Source: Octopus sinensis
Lineage: Eukaryota
DNA: 64,000 bases
Assembly (NCBI RefSeq): GCF_006345805.1
Contig: NC_043001.1
Coordinates: 32,364,001-32,428,000, forward strand
Reading direction: 5' to 3'
In this document: positions 52,982-63,535 of the stretch, piece by piece
Position numbering within the stretch: position 1 is the first letter of the stretch
Layout of the letters: each line of letters begins with the position of its first letter
Made by a program: the position numbers and the translations under genes
The notes under the pieces: model-generated
The model's input: only the letters and a program-made list of their open reading frames with translations
Told to the model about the DNA's origin: nothing
Databases searched by the model: none

Positions 52982-53353
52982 CTTTTACTTTTTTTAACTG
53001 TTTCAGTCATTTGACTGCGGCCAAGCTGGAGTACCGCATTTAGTGGAACAAATAGACTCGGGATTTACTATTTGTAAGCCTAGTAGTTATTCTATCAGTA
53101 TTTTATGCCGAACCGCTAAGTTACGGGAACGAAAACACACCAGCATCGGCTGTGAAGCGATGATGGGGTGGGGAGTACAAACACAGACACACACATACGA
53201 CGGGCTTCTTTCAGTTTCTGTCTACCAAATCTATTCACACAAGGCTTTGGTCGGCCCGAGGCTATAGCAGAGGACACTTGCCCAAGGTGCCACGCAGTGG
53301 GACTGAACCGGAACCATGTGGTCAGTAAGCAAGCTACTTACCACACAGCCATT
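52982..53353 (-). mobile_element. SINE family B, near full length
   Basis: Reverse complement of family B head, body and tail. Confidence 0.9.
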
Positions 53354-53360
53354 TCATCTT

Positions 53361-53391
<31 letters not shown>

Positions 53392-53934
53392 TGATGATGA
53401 TGATGATGATGATAATGAGAAGAAGAAGGAGAGCGAAATTCTGTCTATTCATCTGGGACTTCTGTATCTCAGGTTACATTTGCTCTAAATAGACATATTA
53501 AGCCGTTTTGGAAATAGGTTGATCCCAGGATTGAAAATCTGCCCTTCATTCGGTTCTTGGGCCTCCAGCATTGGGATCTGATTTTAAAACATTTGGGTTG
53601 CTATTTCTTGTATTTTAAGTTTGGCTGATTCGCACCACCGTGTTTTACGTTTGTCAGATGACGTCAGAGATCAAGGGGGAGATAAATGACATTCGCTAAT
53701 TTTACCTCGAGATAAGAACTTTGGGACAAATTGGCCAACAGTTGGAACTCAACTTGGGTTCCAATAGAATGATTGCATTCCAGAATTAATTGTCATTCGT
53801 CCTTAACGCCAAACACCCCCGAGACAAATAGTCATGCTATTTAGGTGTCATTGGTTTTGGCCCACAGCCCCGATTAACCCTCTGCTGGAGCTCTCTTAGA
53901 AGTCAGCACGAAGTGCGGCTTTTAAGCTTATATA

Positions 53935-53992
<58 letters not shown>

Positions 53993-54023
53993 GTGTGTGT
54001 GTGTGTGTGTATAAATATATATA

Positions 54024-55140
54024 CAGGGTGCATCAGTATTTTGAGGACACTTCCTTCAAAAGCTCAAACTTCCCTCTAACTTATTTTTTCACCCTTACTT
54101 TTCAAATAAATAATGTCAAACATCGGCAGCCGTTGCATTAAAAGAGCAGCATTGTGATACAAAGATAGCTCACTTCCTGAAAGTTGCTCGATCCTTCGTT
54201 ATCAAAGTACAAAAAGGAGCTGGGAGCTGCTGACGGGGATCCAACGTCAGCGGCTAAATGCAAAACGCATGAACTGAATCGTAATACCAACAGAACACGT
54301 AATTTTGGACAAAAGAAAAAGCTAAAGTAATAATCAATAAAACCCCCGGGAAGACAATTAGAGCCACTGCAAAGGGCCTCAATGTTTCAGAGTGCACCAT
54401 CAAAAGAGTTGTGCCTGGGAACATCCGGTATAAGCCGTATTTAATGTGGAGGAGTCAGCATATGTCGGATGTGAGAAGGGAAACTCGTTCGCTTTCTGCA
54501 AAGTGTTTGCTAAATAAGTTAAAACACCAAAACGCTGGAATGCTTTGGTTTTCCTCTGATGAAAAAAATCTTAAATCAGAACCAAAGGGTAAACTGAAGG
54601 AACGACAGATTGGGAATTTTTCGGTTTGAACGGCAGTTTTTTAAAATAATTTCCACGTAACTAAATACTTTTAAACTTCGTATACTGGTAGAAAGTGTTT
54701 ATAAAACATCTTTTTCTCTTGGCTTTATTGAGAAAATTCTATAGTTTGTAAGATATCTGTTGTTTTTTTCTTCAATTTCTGCAATTTCAACCAATCAATC
54801 AATGACGTCTATTGAGGTAAATACATTCTCTGCCGTATGAAAATGTCCCTCGTTTAAGAAACAGATTGGGTTTATTTACATTTCTGAAGAAAAAAATAAA
54901 CCCTTCCCCCATCCCTAACCCTAACCCTAACTAACCCTAACACTAAAACAGATTGAAATGCAATAGATCGATACTAGGGTCATAATTATGGGTGACAATT
55001 TCATATGACACCGCTAGAAAAAACTGCCGTTCAAACCGAAAAGATCCACAGATTGTTATAAAGAGAGCCGAATGAGTTTCCAACGCTTGTGTATACTAAG
55101 TTCTCAGATACTGTGATGCATTGGTATGGTATGAACATGA
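54024..55140 (+). mobile_element. Mariner/maT-type transposon fossil interrupted by a MITE
   Basis: TA-CAGGGTG start. PGKTIRATAKGLNVSECTIKRVV and LLNKLKH..AGMLWFSSDEKN; resumes after the MITE as PNEFPTLVYTKFSDTVM. Confidence 0.8.
54613..55047. mobile_element. Merlin-like MITE copy 4
   Basis: TIRs present (left slightly mutated); perfect 8-bp TSD ACAGATTG at 54605-54612 and 55048-55055. Confidence 0.93.
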
Positions 55141-56544
55141 GCCAAAGTTCATAGTAGAAAATGACGGAGCAAAGATACTTTGAGACATGATCCATTGTAG
55201 TCATGGAATCGAACTTCGAAAATTCCACATTGTACCGTTAGACAGGGGAGAGAAATCGTGCCTGATCATCGGCAACGTGTTGGCTGAAATGTGTAGAATC
55301 GCAAAAAAAAAAAAAAAGGAAAAAAGAAATTCAAAGCGTTATCGTCAATGAAAATTGTGCCATATTGGGCCAATAAATGTTGGTGCCCTGGTAGAATTTG
55401 AAAAGAAATTGCAACATAATTAGCGAAGATAGGCACGTAAAAAGAAAATAGAGCAGCATTCAGTAAATAGTAAACATGACAGTGCAAGAAGTTTCCACAA
55501 AGTCTTCGAAAGTTGAAAAGTACATAATACCTTAGTTCGTGGGAAACGAACAGCTGGTACGTTAACGACACTTCCAGCAACAAGCTGAGTATGTCAGATA
55601 TAATAATCATTATATCATCATCACTAATAAATGACGACGATGATGATGATGATCAAGAGGAGGAGGAGGAGGAGGATTTAGACACAAGACCAGTAGTTTT
55701 TTGTTTTTATTTTAACAAGGGTTAGATAATTAAGTAGTCCTTAATTTTATGGAACCCGGAAGGATGAAACGTAAATTCGACCAAGGTGAGGCTTGAAATC
55801 AAAATGTAGAGGGCCGTAACTAAGGCCGTAATCAATCTTCCTCCCTAGATACACGTATCATAATAATGAAATAGTGAAAGATGAAAACGGCAAGAAATGT
55901 GGAAACAGAAAAGAAAAGAGATGACTGATTGGCATAAAAGAAAAAAGAATAGGAAACAAATAGACATTTTAAAAAATGAAGAGAGAAAGAAAGGAGAGAG
56001 AAATTCCCCAGTTAGAAAGTGATGAAACCAAACGGCGTGAGAGCGATAATCGAGTGTAATGGAGGTACCTGAAATATTAAGAAGAGTGTCTTTCTAGAAG
56101 CTCTTCCTTCGTTTGGTTTGCCAGACTTGCTCAGGCTATCTATTACGATCCCGCATACAGTTCAACAAATAAATAAAATAATAACTTGCAACCACACGGG
56201 AGTAGTCGATGAATACTGCTGTTGCACTTTCAGTTCGTGTTCATCCGTGGTGGATTTTCCATGGGAGTTCATCGATGACGACAGAAGTTTTTGATGCTCA
56301 GCAAAATGGAGGAAAAGCCAAGGACAAAGCAATAGGAAAATAAATACATAGATAATTTCCTTATTGACAGGGAAAACTGACGTATCTCAGTGGTTAAGGT
56401 TACATTGAACATTTATTTAGAAATAATATTTTCCTCATTTAAATCCACTTTGAAACCATGGACATACCCATACTATGGCACCTAATGATGATCGGAAATC
56501 AAATTTATCGAAATGTAGTATGTGGATTATAGAGTGTAATATGC

Positions 56545-56592
56545 GGATCTTTTCGGTTTGAACGGCAGTTATTTTAAATAGTTTCCACGTTA
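56545..56592. mobile_element. Merlin-like MITE, left-end fragment
   Basis: GGATCTTTTCGGTTTGAACGGCAGTTATTTTAAATAGTTTCCACGT only. Confidence 0.8.
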
Positions 56593-56645
56593 CATTTACA
56601 CTTGGTAGACGTTTTGAGGAGAGTGTTCTAATAATATTCCTCAAA

Positions 56646-56982
56646 GACTGGCGTCCCGTCCAGCTGGGGAACGCATACACCATAGAAACCGGAAAACCGG
56701 GCCCATGAGCCTAGCTAGGCTTTAAAGTGGCGCATTTATTATTTTAATATATATATATATATATTTATAAGGCGGCGAGCTGGCAGACACGTTAGCGCGC
56801 CGGGCGGAATGCTTAGCGGTATTAGTTCAAATTCCGCCGAGGTCGACTTTGCCTTTCATCCTTTCGGGGTCGATAAATAAAAGTACCAGTTTCGCACTGG
56901 GGTCGATATAATCGACTTAATCCCTTTGTCTGTCCTTGTTTGTCCTCTCTATGTTTAGCCCCTTGTGGGCAATAAAGAAATA
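56646..56982 (+). mobile_element. SINE C 3' fragment (56646-56742) followed by SINE A with an internal deletion (56769-56982)
   Basis: GACTGGCGTCCCGTCCAGCTGGGGAAC...GAGCCTAGCTAGGCTTT, then AAGGCGGCGAGCTGGCAG...GCAATAAAGAAATA. Confidence 0.85.
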
Positions 56983-57004
56983 TATATAATATTATTTTAT
57001 ATAT

Positions 57005-57044
<40 letters not shown>

Positions 57045-57324
57045 CTTATAAACAAGGGCTAAAGAAAATTATTTCTAAGCCAATATGCTGATAACAGACT
57101 TTTAGATCGTCAATTTCCACATATTATTTACTCGCTACAGGAAACACGTAGAGCTGAAATCGAGGAAATCTGGCCAACAGAAATTTTTAAAAAGTTCGTT
57201 ATTTCTATATTGAATCAATTTCGATATATATATATATATAATATATATTATATTATTTTAACAGCAATAGTATGAAAACAAAAGAATGAATGAGACCACG
57301 ATATTATGTAAATAGAGGAATTTA

Positions 57325-58450
57325 TCTGTAACATAATGTGTGACAATTATTCGGTTGCCATAAGACTCCGAGTTTCGGATGTCGGGGCGGAAAACTGTTC
57401 ACGCATCTCGTCAGATATCGAGGCGATCAAAAAATTCAGTTAAAATGACCGTTAAACAAAGGGAAATTACAATGTTATTTAAGACAAAAGAGCTATTAGA
57501 ATGACCTTTAAATAAGGAGAAAAACCGAAGGGGAGAAAGTAAACAGATAAAGAAGTAAAAATGCTCATAGGAATCGCGTATGCGCGCATGTACATTCATA
57601 AACATGTGCTCATGCACACCCCCTACATGTGCCTATATATGCACATGCTCATTCACACTTCTGTGAAACGCATACAAGCAAACCTACACATACACCTATA
57701 TCTGCACATATATATGCAACCATGCATGTACAAGTATACATATCCGCACACACACACCACACATGCGCCCACACACACGTGAACATATCCATATACGAAC
57801 AATTTATATCCAATACCATTCTGAAAATACGCGCATGGTATATATGCATACGTGAAACACATACATGTACACCCACATATATATGCAACCATACACATGT
57901 ACATATACATGTACATATATACATACCCGCACACACGGATGTACACATATGCATATCCGCACACACACGCGCACTCACACACGTGCACATATCCATATGC
58001 GCACAGATATATTCAAATACACGTCTAAAATACGAACATGCTATATCTGCATATGCTCACTCACACTCGGGTGGAACAGTCGCATGTATACTCACATGAG
58101 GATATGAATATAGGCACATGTACGTGGGTGTGCATGCGCGCATGTGTATGTATGATGTATGTGCATGCGAACATTCACGATTTCTATGAGCATTTTTATT
58201 TCTTTACTTTTACCTTTTTATTTTCTCCCTTCGGTTTTCCCCCCTTATTTAACGAGCATTCTAATAGGTCTTTTGTTTGACTTAATAACGGTCATTTACA
58301 TAGTAATTTCCCTTTGTTTAACAGTAATTTTCATAGTATCTTTTCATTGCATCGATAACTGACAAGAGGCCGGAGCATTTCTCCGCCCCGGCATCCGAAA
58401 CTCGGAGTCTTATATGGCAAACGAATACTTGTCACATATTATATTACAGA
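57325..58450. mobile_element. Long-TIR fold-back element (about 310-340-bp diverged arms, CA-rich sub-repeated core)
   Basis: TA-TCTGTAA...GACTCCGAGTTTCGGATG on the left matches CATCCGAAACTCGGAGTC...TTACAGA-TA on the right; internal duplicated motifs. Confidence 0.78.
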
Positions 58451-58468
58451 TATATCATACATACATAC

Positions 58469-58503
<35 letters not shown>

Positions 58504-58618
58504 ATATATATATATATATAGTATATCATATATATATATTATATTATATATACATTACTATATATAATATATTATATGTATAATATAAAGTATGTATATG
58601 TATATATATATATATATA

Positions 58619-58913
58619 GGCGCAGGAGTGGCTGAGTGGTAAGTAGCTTGTTTACCAACCACATGGTTCCAGGTTCAGTCCCACTGCGTGGCATCTTGGG
58701 CAAGTGTCTTATAAGGCTCATAAGGGCCGGTTTCCCGGTTTCAGTGGCGTAGAAATTCTCCACCTGGACGGGATTAATCATTTTTGCCAGCTGAGTGCAC
58801 TGGAGCAACGTGAAAAGAAGTGAATGGCTCAAGAACACAATGCATCGTCGGCTCCAGGAATCGAGACCACAACCTTAGGATCATGAGTTCAACCACTAAA
58901 CCACACGCATCCA
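58619..58913. mobile_element. SINE B 5' part (+) joined tail-to-tail to SINE C (-)
   Basis: The family B head runs to about 58710, then the reverse complement of family C continues to 58913. Confidence 0.8.
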
Positions 58914-59233
58914 CGTATATATTATATATCATACATATTATATATTATACATATATATTATATATTATTTATAGGTATGTATAACTATCTATCTATCTAT
59001 CTATCTATTGTCTATCATCTACTAATATATATATATACTATACATATACATACATACATATATATATATAATTATTATATAATAATATATATTCATATAT
59101 ACATATACATATATATAATACTATATATATATATATTAATATATATTATACATATATATATATATACATATAACATATATACAAATATGTATATATATAT
59201 ATATATTATAATATATATATATATATACTTATA

Positions 59234-59264
<31 letters not shown>

Positions 59265-59269
59265 AATAC

Positions 59270-59419
59270 CGGAGTAAACACCTAAATGGAAACAAGGTGG
59301 AATAAAGAGTACTCAAATACCAGTGGTAGAGTTTATGCTTTATTTAAAGCAGCAGAAAATTCAACAAAACCTTTTACTCAGAGTAACAGGTTTTGTTGAA
59401 TTTTTTGCTGCTTTAAATA
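59270..59419. repeat. Family P1 element ending in a 79-bp snap-back hairpin
   Basis: Palindrome 59341-59419 centred on A59380, with two mismatches. Confidence 0.85.
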
Positions 59420-59521
59420 GCAGCCATGACCTGACTCTAAAACCACCTCAATTGTCCATATATCAATACGGAGAGAAAACAAAAAAAAGACAAGATGAAA
59501 CTAGTAAAAAATTATTGGGTA

Positions 59522-59579
59522 ATTCTAGATCCGGATTTCTGACTGTGCATTTATGAATGCTTTGCCTCGTCAGTAGAAT
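59522..59579 (-). ncRNA. Type-I hammerhead ribozyme motif, canonical core, palindromic stem III
   Basis: Minus strand: ATTCTA-CTGACGA-GGC-AAA-GCATT-CATA-AATGC-ACA-GTC-A-GAA-ATCCGGAT-C-TAGAAT. 6-bp stem I and AUC triplet. One extra A before GAA and a 3x3 mismatch in stem II. Confidence 0.75.
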
Positions 59580-59608
59580 ACACAGAGTAGATAAACATAA
59601 ATACATAT

Positions 59609-59772
59609 TTATTTGAGTTCAAATTCCGCCGAGGTCGACTTTACTTTTCATCATTTCGGGGTCGATAAATTAAGTACCAGTTACGCACTGGGGTTGATGT
59701 AATCGACTTAATCCCTTTGTCTGTCCTTATTTGTCCCTTCCATGTTTAGCCCCTTGTGGGCAATAAAGAAAT
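59609..59772 (+). mobile_element. 5'-truncated SINE family A
   Basis: 21-bp TSD TAGATAAACATAAATACATAT at 59588-59608 and 59773-59793. Confidence 0.9.
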
Positions 59773-59789
59773 TAGATAAACATAAATAC

Positions 59790-59823
<34 letters not shown>

Positions 59824-60074
59824 ATATAAATACAACATACGAATACTTACATATACGAACGCATACCTATATATATATATAAGAACGTATGCATTATGGC
59901 CAGTTTAAAATGCCCGCTTACTTCCATGTGAGATATGGTCAAAATAACGCCGCAGTAAATACAGTGACGAAATAAATTTAAATCTATATAAATAAGGATA
60001 AGATCGTTAATTTAAAAATAATGTTTTGTTTCTTTGAGGCTTAAGACTTTTCATATACCCCTCGTATCTATGTA

Positions 60075-60793
60075 TGTGTGTGTGTTTGTGTGTCTGTGTT
60101 TGCTCTTCCCCCCGCCCAACATCGCTTGACAACTGCTGCTGGTGTGTTTACATCACCGTAACTTAGCGGTTCAGCAATAGAGATCGATGGAATATGTACA
60201 AGACTTACAAAGAATTAGTCCTGGGGTCGATTTACTCGAATAAAGGCGGTACCCCAGCATGGCCGCAGTCAAATTACTAAAACAATTAAAAGAAAAAGAG
60301 TAAACTTCCTTGATTCTGTTACAAAAATTAGAGGGAGATTTTTATAAGTTATTATCTATTAAAAAAATATATTTTATTAAATAGAATGTCACTAACTTTT
60401 GTGGAAGGAGTTTGTATATAAGTGCGGCATGGTTATGTGATCAGAAGTTAACTTCCGAACCACATGGCTCCGGGTTCAGTCCAACTGCGTGACACCTTGG
60501 GCAAGGGTCTTTTCCTATAGTCTCGGGCCGACCAAAGCCTTGTGAGTGGATTTGGTTAAAGGAAACTGAAAGAAGCCCGTCATATATATATGTGTGTGTG
60601 GTGTGTATGTGTGTTTGTGTATGTATATATATATATATGTGTGTGTGTGGTGTATTTATATATATTGATGTGTGTCTGTGTTTCCCCCACACACACACAC
60701 CTCTGCTATCGTTTGACAACCGATGCAGGTGTGTTTATATTCCTGTAACTTAAAAGTGACTATAGGATAAGTAGTAGGCTTGCAGAGAATAAG
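60075..60793 (+). mobile_element. SINE family B: 3' half (60075-60298) and a diverged, 3'-truncated copy (60422-60793)
   Basis: Alignment to 46645-47046. Confidence 0.8.
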
Positions 60794-61280
60794 TTTCTAG
60801 TTTGATAATAGAGTTTTTTATAAGAAAAAATTATTTTATTTATTTCTTGAAAAATATTGTTTAAATATTTTTGATTATTCATTTAAATATTATCATTGAC
60901 CTGATGATTGACTATAACCATAATTCGAATTATTAATTGAATTTAAATTATTGTTATTCGAATTAGATGATGGGCATGAAACAATCGTATTGGTTTTACT
61001 CTTTATCTTATATTAAACTTTTTTGATAGTTATATTTATTTTAAAAAATATATGAATAAATAAATAATAAATAAAAAATAAAAGATAAAAATAATAATAA
61101 TAATAATATATATATAAATTTATAAGTATAAATTAATTATTTAAATATTTTTAAAATTTTAACTTTAAATTTAAATTTAAATAATTTAAATTTTGAATTT
61201 TATATTTTGCATATTTTGTATATTATATTAATTAATTTATTTCTATTTATTGGTTTATGTTTTTCACTGTTTGATTTGCC
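60791..61280 (+). repeat. AT-rich direct repeat copy 1 with degenerate hammerhead (60901-60992)
   Basis: Homologous to 63536-64000. CTGATGA at 60901-60907 and GAA-ACAATCGT-A at 60978-60989. Confidence 0.7.
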
Positions 61281-61343
61281 TAATAGTGGTTTTATCTCTA
61301 ATAGTGGTTTTATCTCTAATAGTGGTTTTATCTCTAATAGTGG
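61281..61343 (+). repeat. 18-bp tandem repeat x3.5 (TAATAGTGGTTTTATCTC)
   Basis: Three perfect units plus TAATAGTGG, fused into a SINE B head through a shared AGTGG. Confidence 0.95.
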
Positions 61344-61730
61344 CTGTGTGGTAAGTAGCTTGTTTACCAACCACATGGTTCCGGGTTCAGTCCCACTGCG
61401 TGGCACCTTCGGCAAGTGTCTTCTACTATAGCCTCGGGCTGACCAAAGCCTTGTGAGTGGATTTGGTAGACGGAAACTGAAAGAAGCCCGTCGTATATAT
61501 GTATATATATATATGCGTGTGTGTGTTTGTGTGTCTGTGTTTGTCCCCCTGGCATTGCTTGACAACCGATGCTGGTGGTGTGTTTATGTCCCCGTTACTT
61601 AGCGGTTCGGCACAAGGGACCGATAGAATAAGTACTGGGCTTACAAAAGAATAAGTCCCGGGGTCGAGTTGCTCGATGAAAGGCGGTGCTCCAGCATGGC
61701 CGCAGTCAAAATGACTGAAACAAGTAAAAA
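61339..61730 (+). mobile_element. SINE family B, near full length
   Basis: Complete body and tail; the first roughly 8 nt are replaced by the tandem repeat. Confidence 0.92.
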
Positions 61731-61846
61731 AAAATATACATATATATATATATATATATAAAATAAAAAGTTTCGAATTGATAACAATGCACTATAATAC
61801 AGAGAATGGGCTATATACCTGTTGTAATTTAGTCATCCAAAGTCTG

Positions 61847-61883
61847 ATATGATATTTCGGAATAATATTCCTTCTTCAGATAT
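61847..61883 (-). ncRNA. Minimal type-I hammerhead ribozyme motif, canonical core
   Basis: Minus strand: ATAT-CTGAAGA-A-GGAAT-ATT-ATTCC-GAA-ATAT-C-ATAT. 5-bp stem II, palindromic ATAT stem III, AUC triplet. Confidence 0.72.
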
Positions 61884-62055
61884 TCTTAGATGGAGTCGCT
61901 GCTATAATCGGTTTTCCAACGGTACTTCTTTTTTATTTTATTTAGTTATGTATTTATTTTTTTGTTTTTGGAAGCGTCTCAGCACTGGTCTCACGATGCT
62001 CCTTCCGGAATTCCTCATGAGAAGTGTGTGAGATCGGCCATGTCTCAAATGCTAA

Positions 62056-62249
62056 AGAGGACAACAAACGTTAAGGCAAGGCAATCATCTCAAGACATAT
62101 ACCTTATTATTTTTGGAAACAATAAAAAAAAATCTTACGGCTGTTTCTACGATATACCAGAAACAGCTCTAAGATTTTTACTTCTTTCTAAATAATAATA
62201 ATGCTTATGACTTAAGATGTTTGCCTTGCCTTAAAGTTTGTTGTCCTCT
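62056..62249. mobile_element. Fold-back MITE with TTAA-like flanks (Kolobok-like)
   Basis: (C)TAA-AGAGGACAACAAAC.TTAAGGCAAGGCAA...TTGCCTTGCCTTAAAGTTTGTTGTCCTCT-TTAA; 10-nt central loop. Confidence 0.7.
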
Positions 62250-62430
62250 TTAACAATTATATATCCGCTATATCGGAAATATACAATGGCTCCATAACTA
62301 CCGTCTCGGCTATAACCTTGGACGCCTGGTAATCCGTCATCAGCATTTAACTAGCGTACCTAATCGTTTTGATCACCTGTGAACTAGACCCCCATATTTT
62401 GTGTGTGTGTATATATATACATATGTATGT

Positions 62431-62645
62431 AAAGTTAATCCAAACAAGAAAACACAGAAAAAAACACAGCAACGCGAGGACGTGGAACAATTAAAGTATT
62501 ATTTGACGCTCAGGAAAGAAGGGAAGGAGGGTTTAACGTTTCGAGCGGAGCTCTTCGTCGGAAACAAAGGAGAAGGAAAAATCCCGAGAAGGGAAGACAG
62601 AGGAAAAAATTTTTTTTGCTGGTGGTGCTCAAGAGATCACATGTT
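62431..62645 (-). mobile_element. Family P2-related element with minimal hammerhead motif (62531-62565)
   Basis: Minus strand: GTTT-CCGACGA-A-GAGC-TCC-GCTC-GAA-ACGT-T-AAAC; one core deviation (U4 to C). Confidence 0.7.
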
Positions 62646-62651
62646 GAAAGG

Positions 62652-62695
<44 letters not shown>

Positions 62696-63535
62696 CATTG
62701 CAAAACCTCGTTAAGATAAGTATTTTTTTATATTTAAGATCTTTAAATTGTAAATTTTAATATTTGATAAGTCTTTGATGTAATAATATTTTTCTTATGT
62801 AAATATCGTTGTTTATGTAATGATCTAATTATCGTAATTTTCTATATTATTAGATATTAAATTTAAGTTTATTCGTAAGATATTACTTAGCGATAGATTT
62901 GTTGTTTGATAGCAAGTATACGAGGTGTCTAAGGTTAGGTTTTTGTATATACATGTATTAATAGTATTAATTGTAGTTTGAAATTTCTTATAATTAAAAT
63001 TAGATAAACTTTGATAAACTTAGATATGTTTCGACCAAAGATTGGTCCAGGTCATGTCTAACTTAATAGCATAACTTAGTTATTGTCTTTTTAAATTGAT
63101 ATTCGCTAGTTATTCCCATTGATAAGTATATTTATAGTATTTATAGTATTTATTCGATACTATATAACTACGAATTGATTATTTCTATAAGTATTTTAAA
63201 TAAGATTTCCGAAAGTTCGTTTAAGTTTGTTGGTTTGTATTTTTGAACTTAGCTATTTCATCTTTAAATATGAAAAATTAATTTATTAGGTCTTTATTAT
63301 ATGTGCATATATATTTATTTATAGAGATTATTTTAGATCTTAATTATAATATTTATATACATTTATATATTTTCATTGATAATTTATATATAATAGTCAT
63401 TTTTAAAAAAATATTTATGTAATTAGATATAGACTATTACCGATATTAGATTATAGGTGGGTTTCTTACCTTATAAATTAAAATTAATATTTAACATTAT
63501 AATCGATTTTGATATAATCATAATTGTTAAGTTTT

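Noticed and set aside
56234-56343. Candidate terminal exon (RVHPWWIFHGSS...)
   Set aside because: No recognisable homology and no supporting upstream exons.
61281-61343. CRISPR-like array
   Set aside because: The units are contiguous with no spacers, and the context is eukaryotic.
62299-62343. Further hammerhead on the minus strand (CTGATGA, stem, GAGACGGTA)
   Set aside because: GAAA is mutated, the stem III palindrome is broken and there is no stem I; at most a decayed relic.
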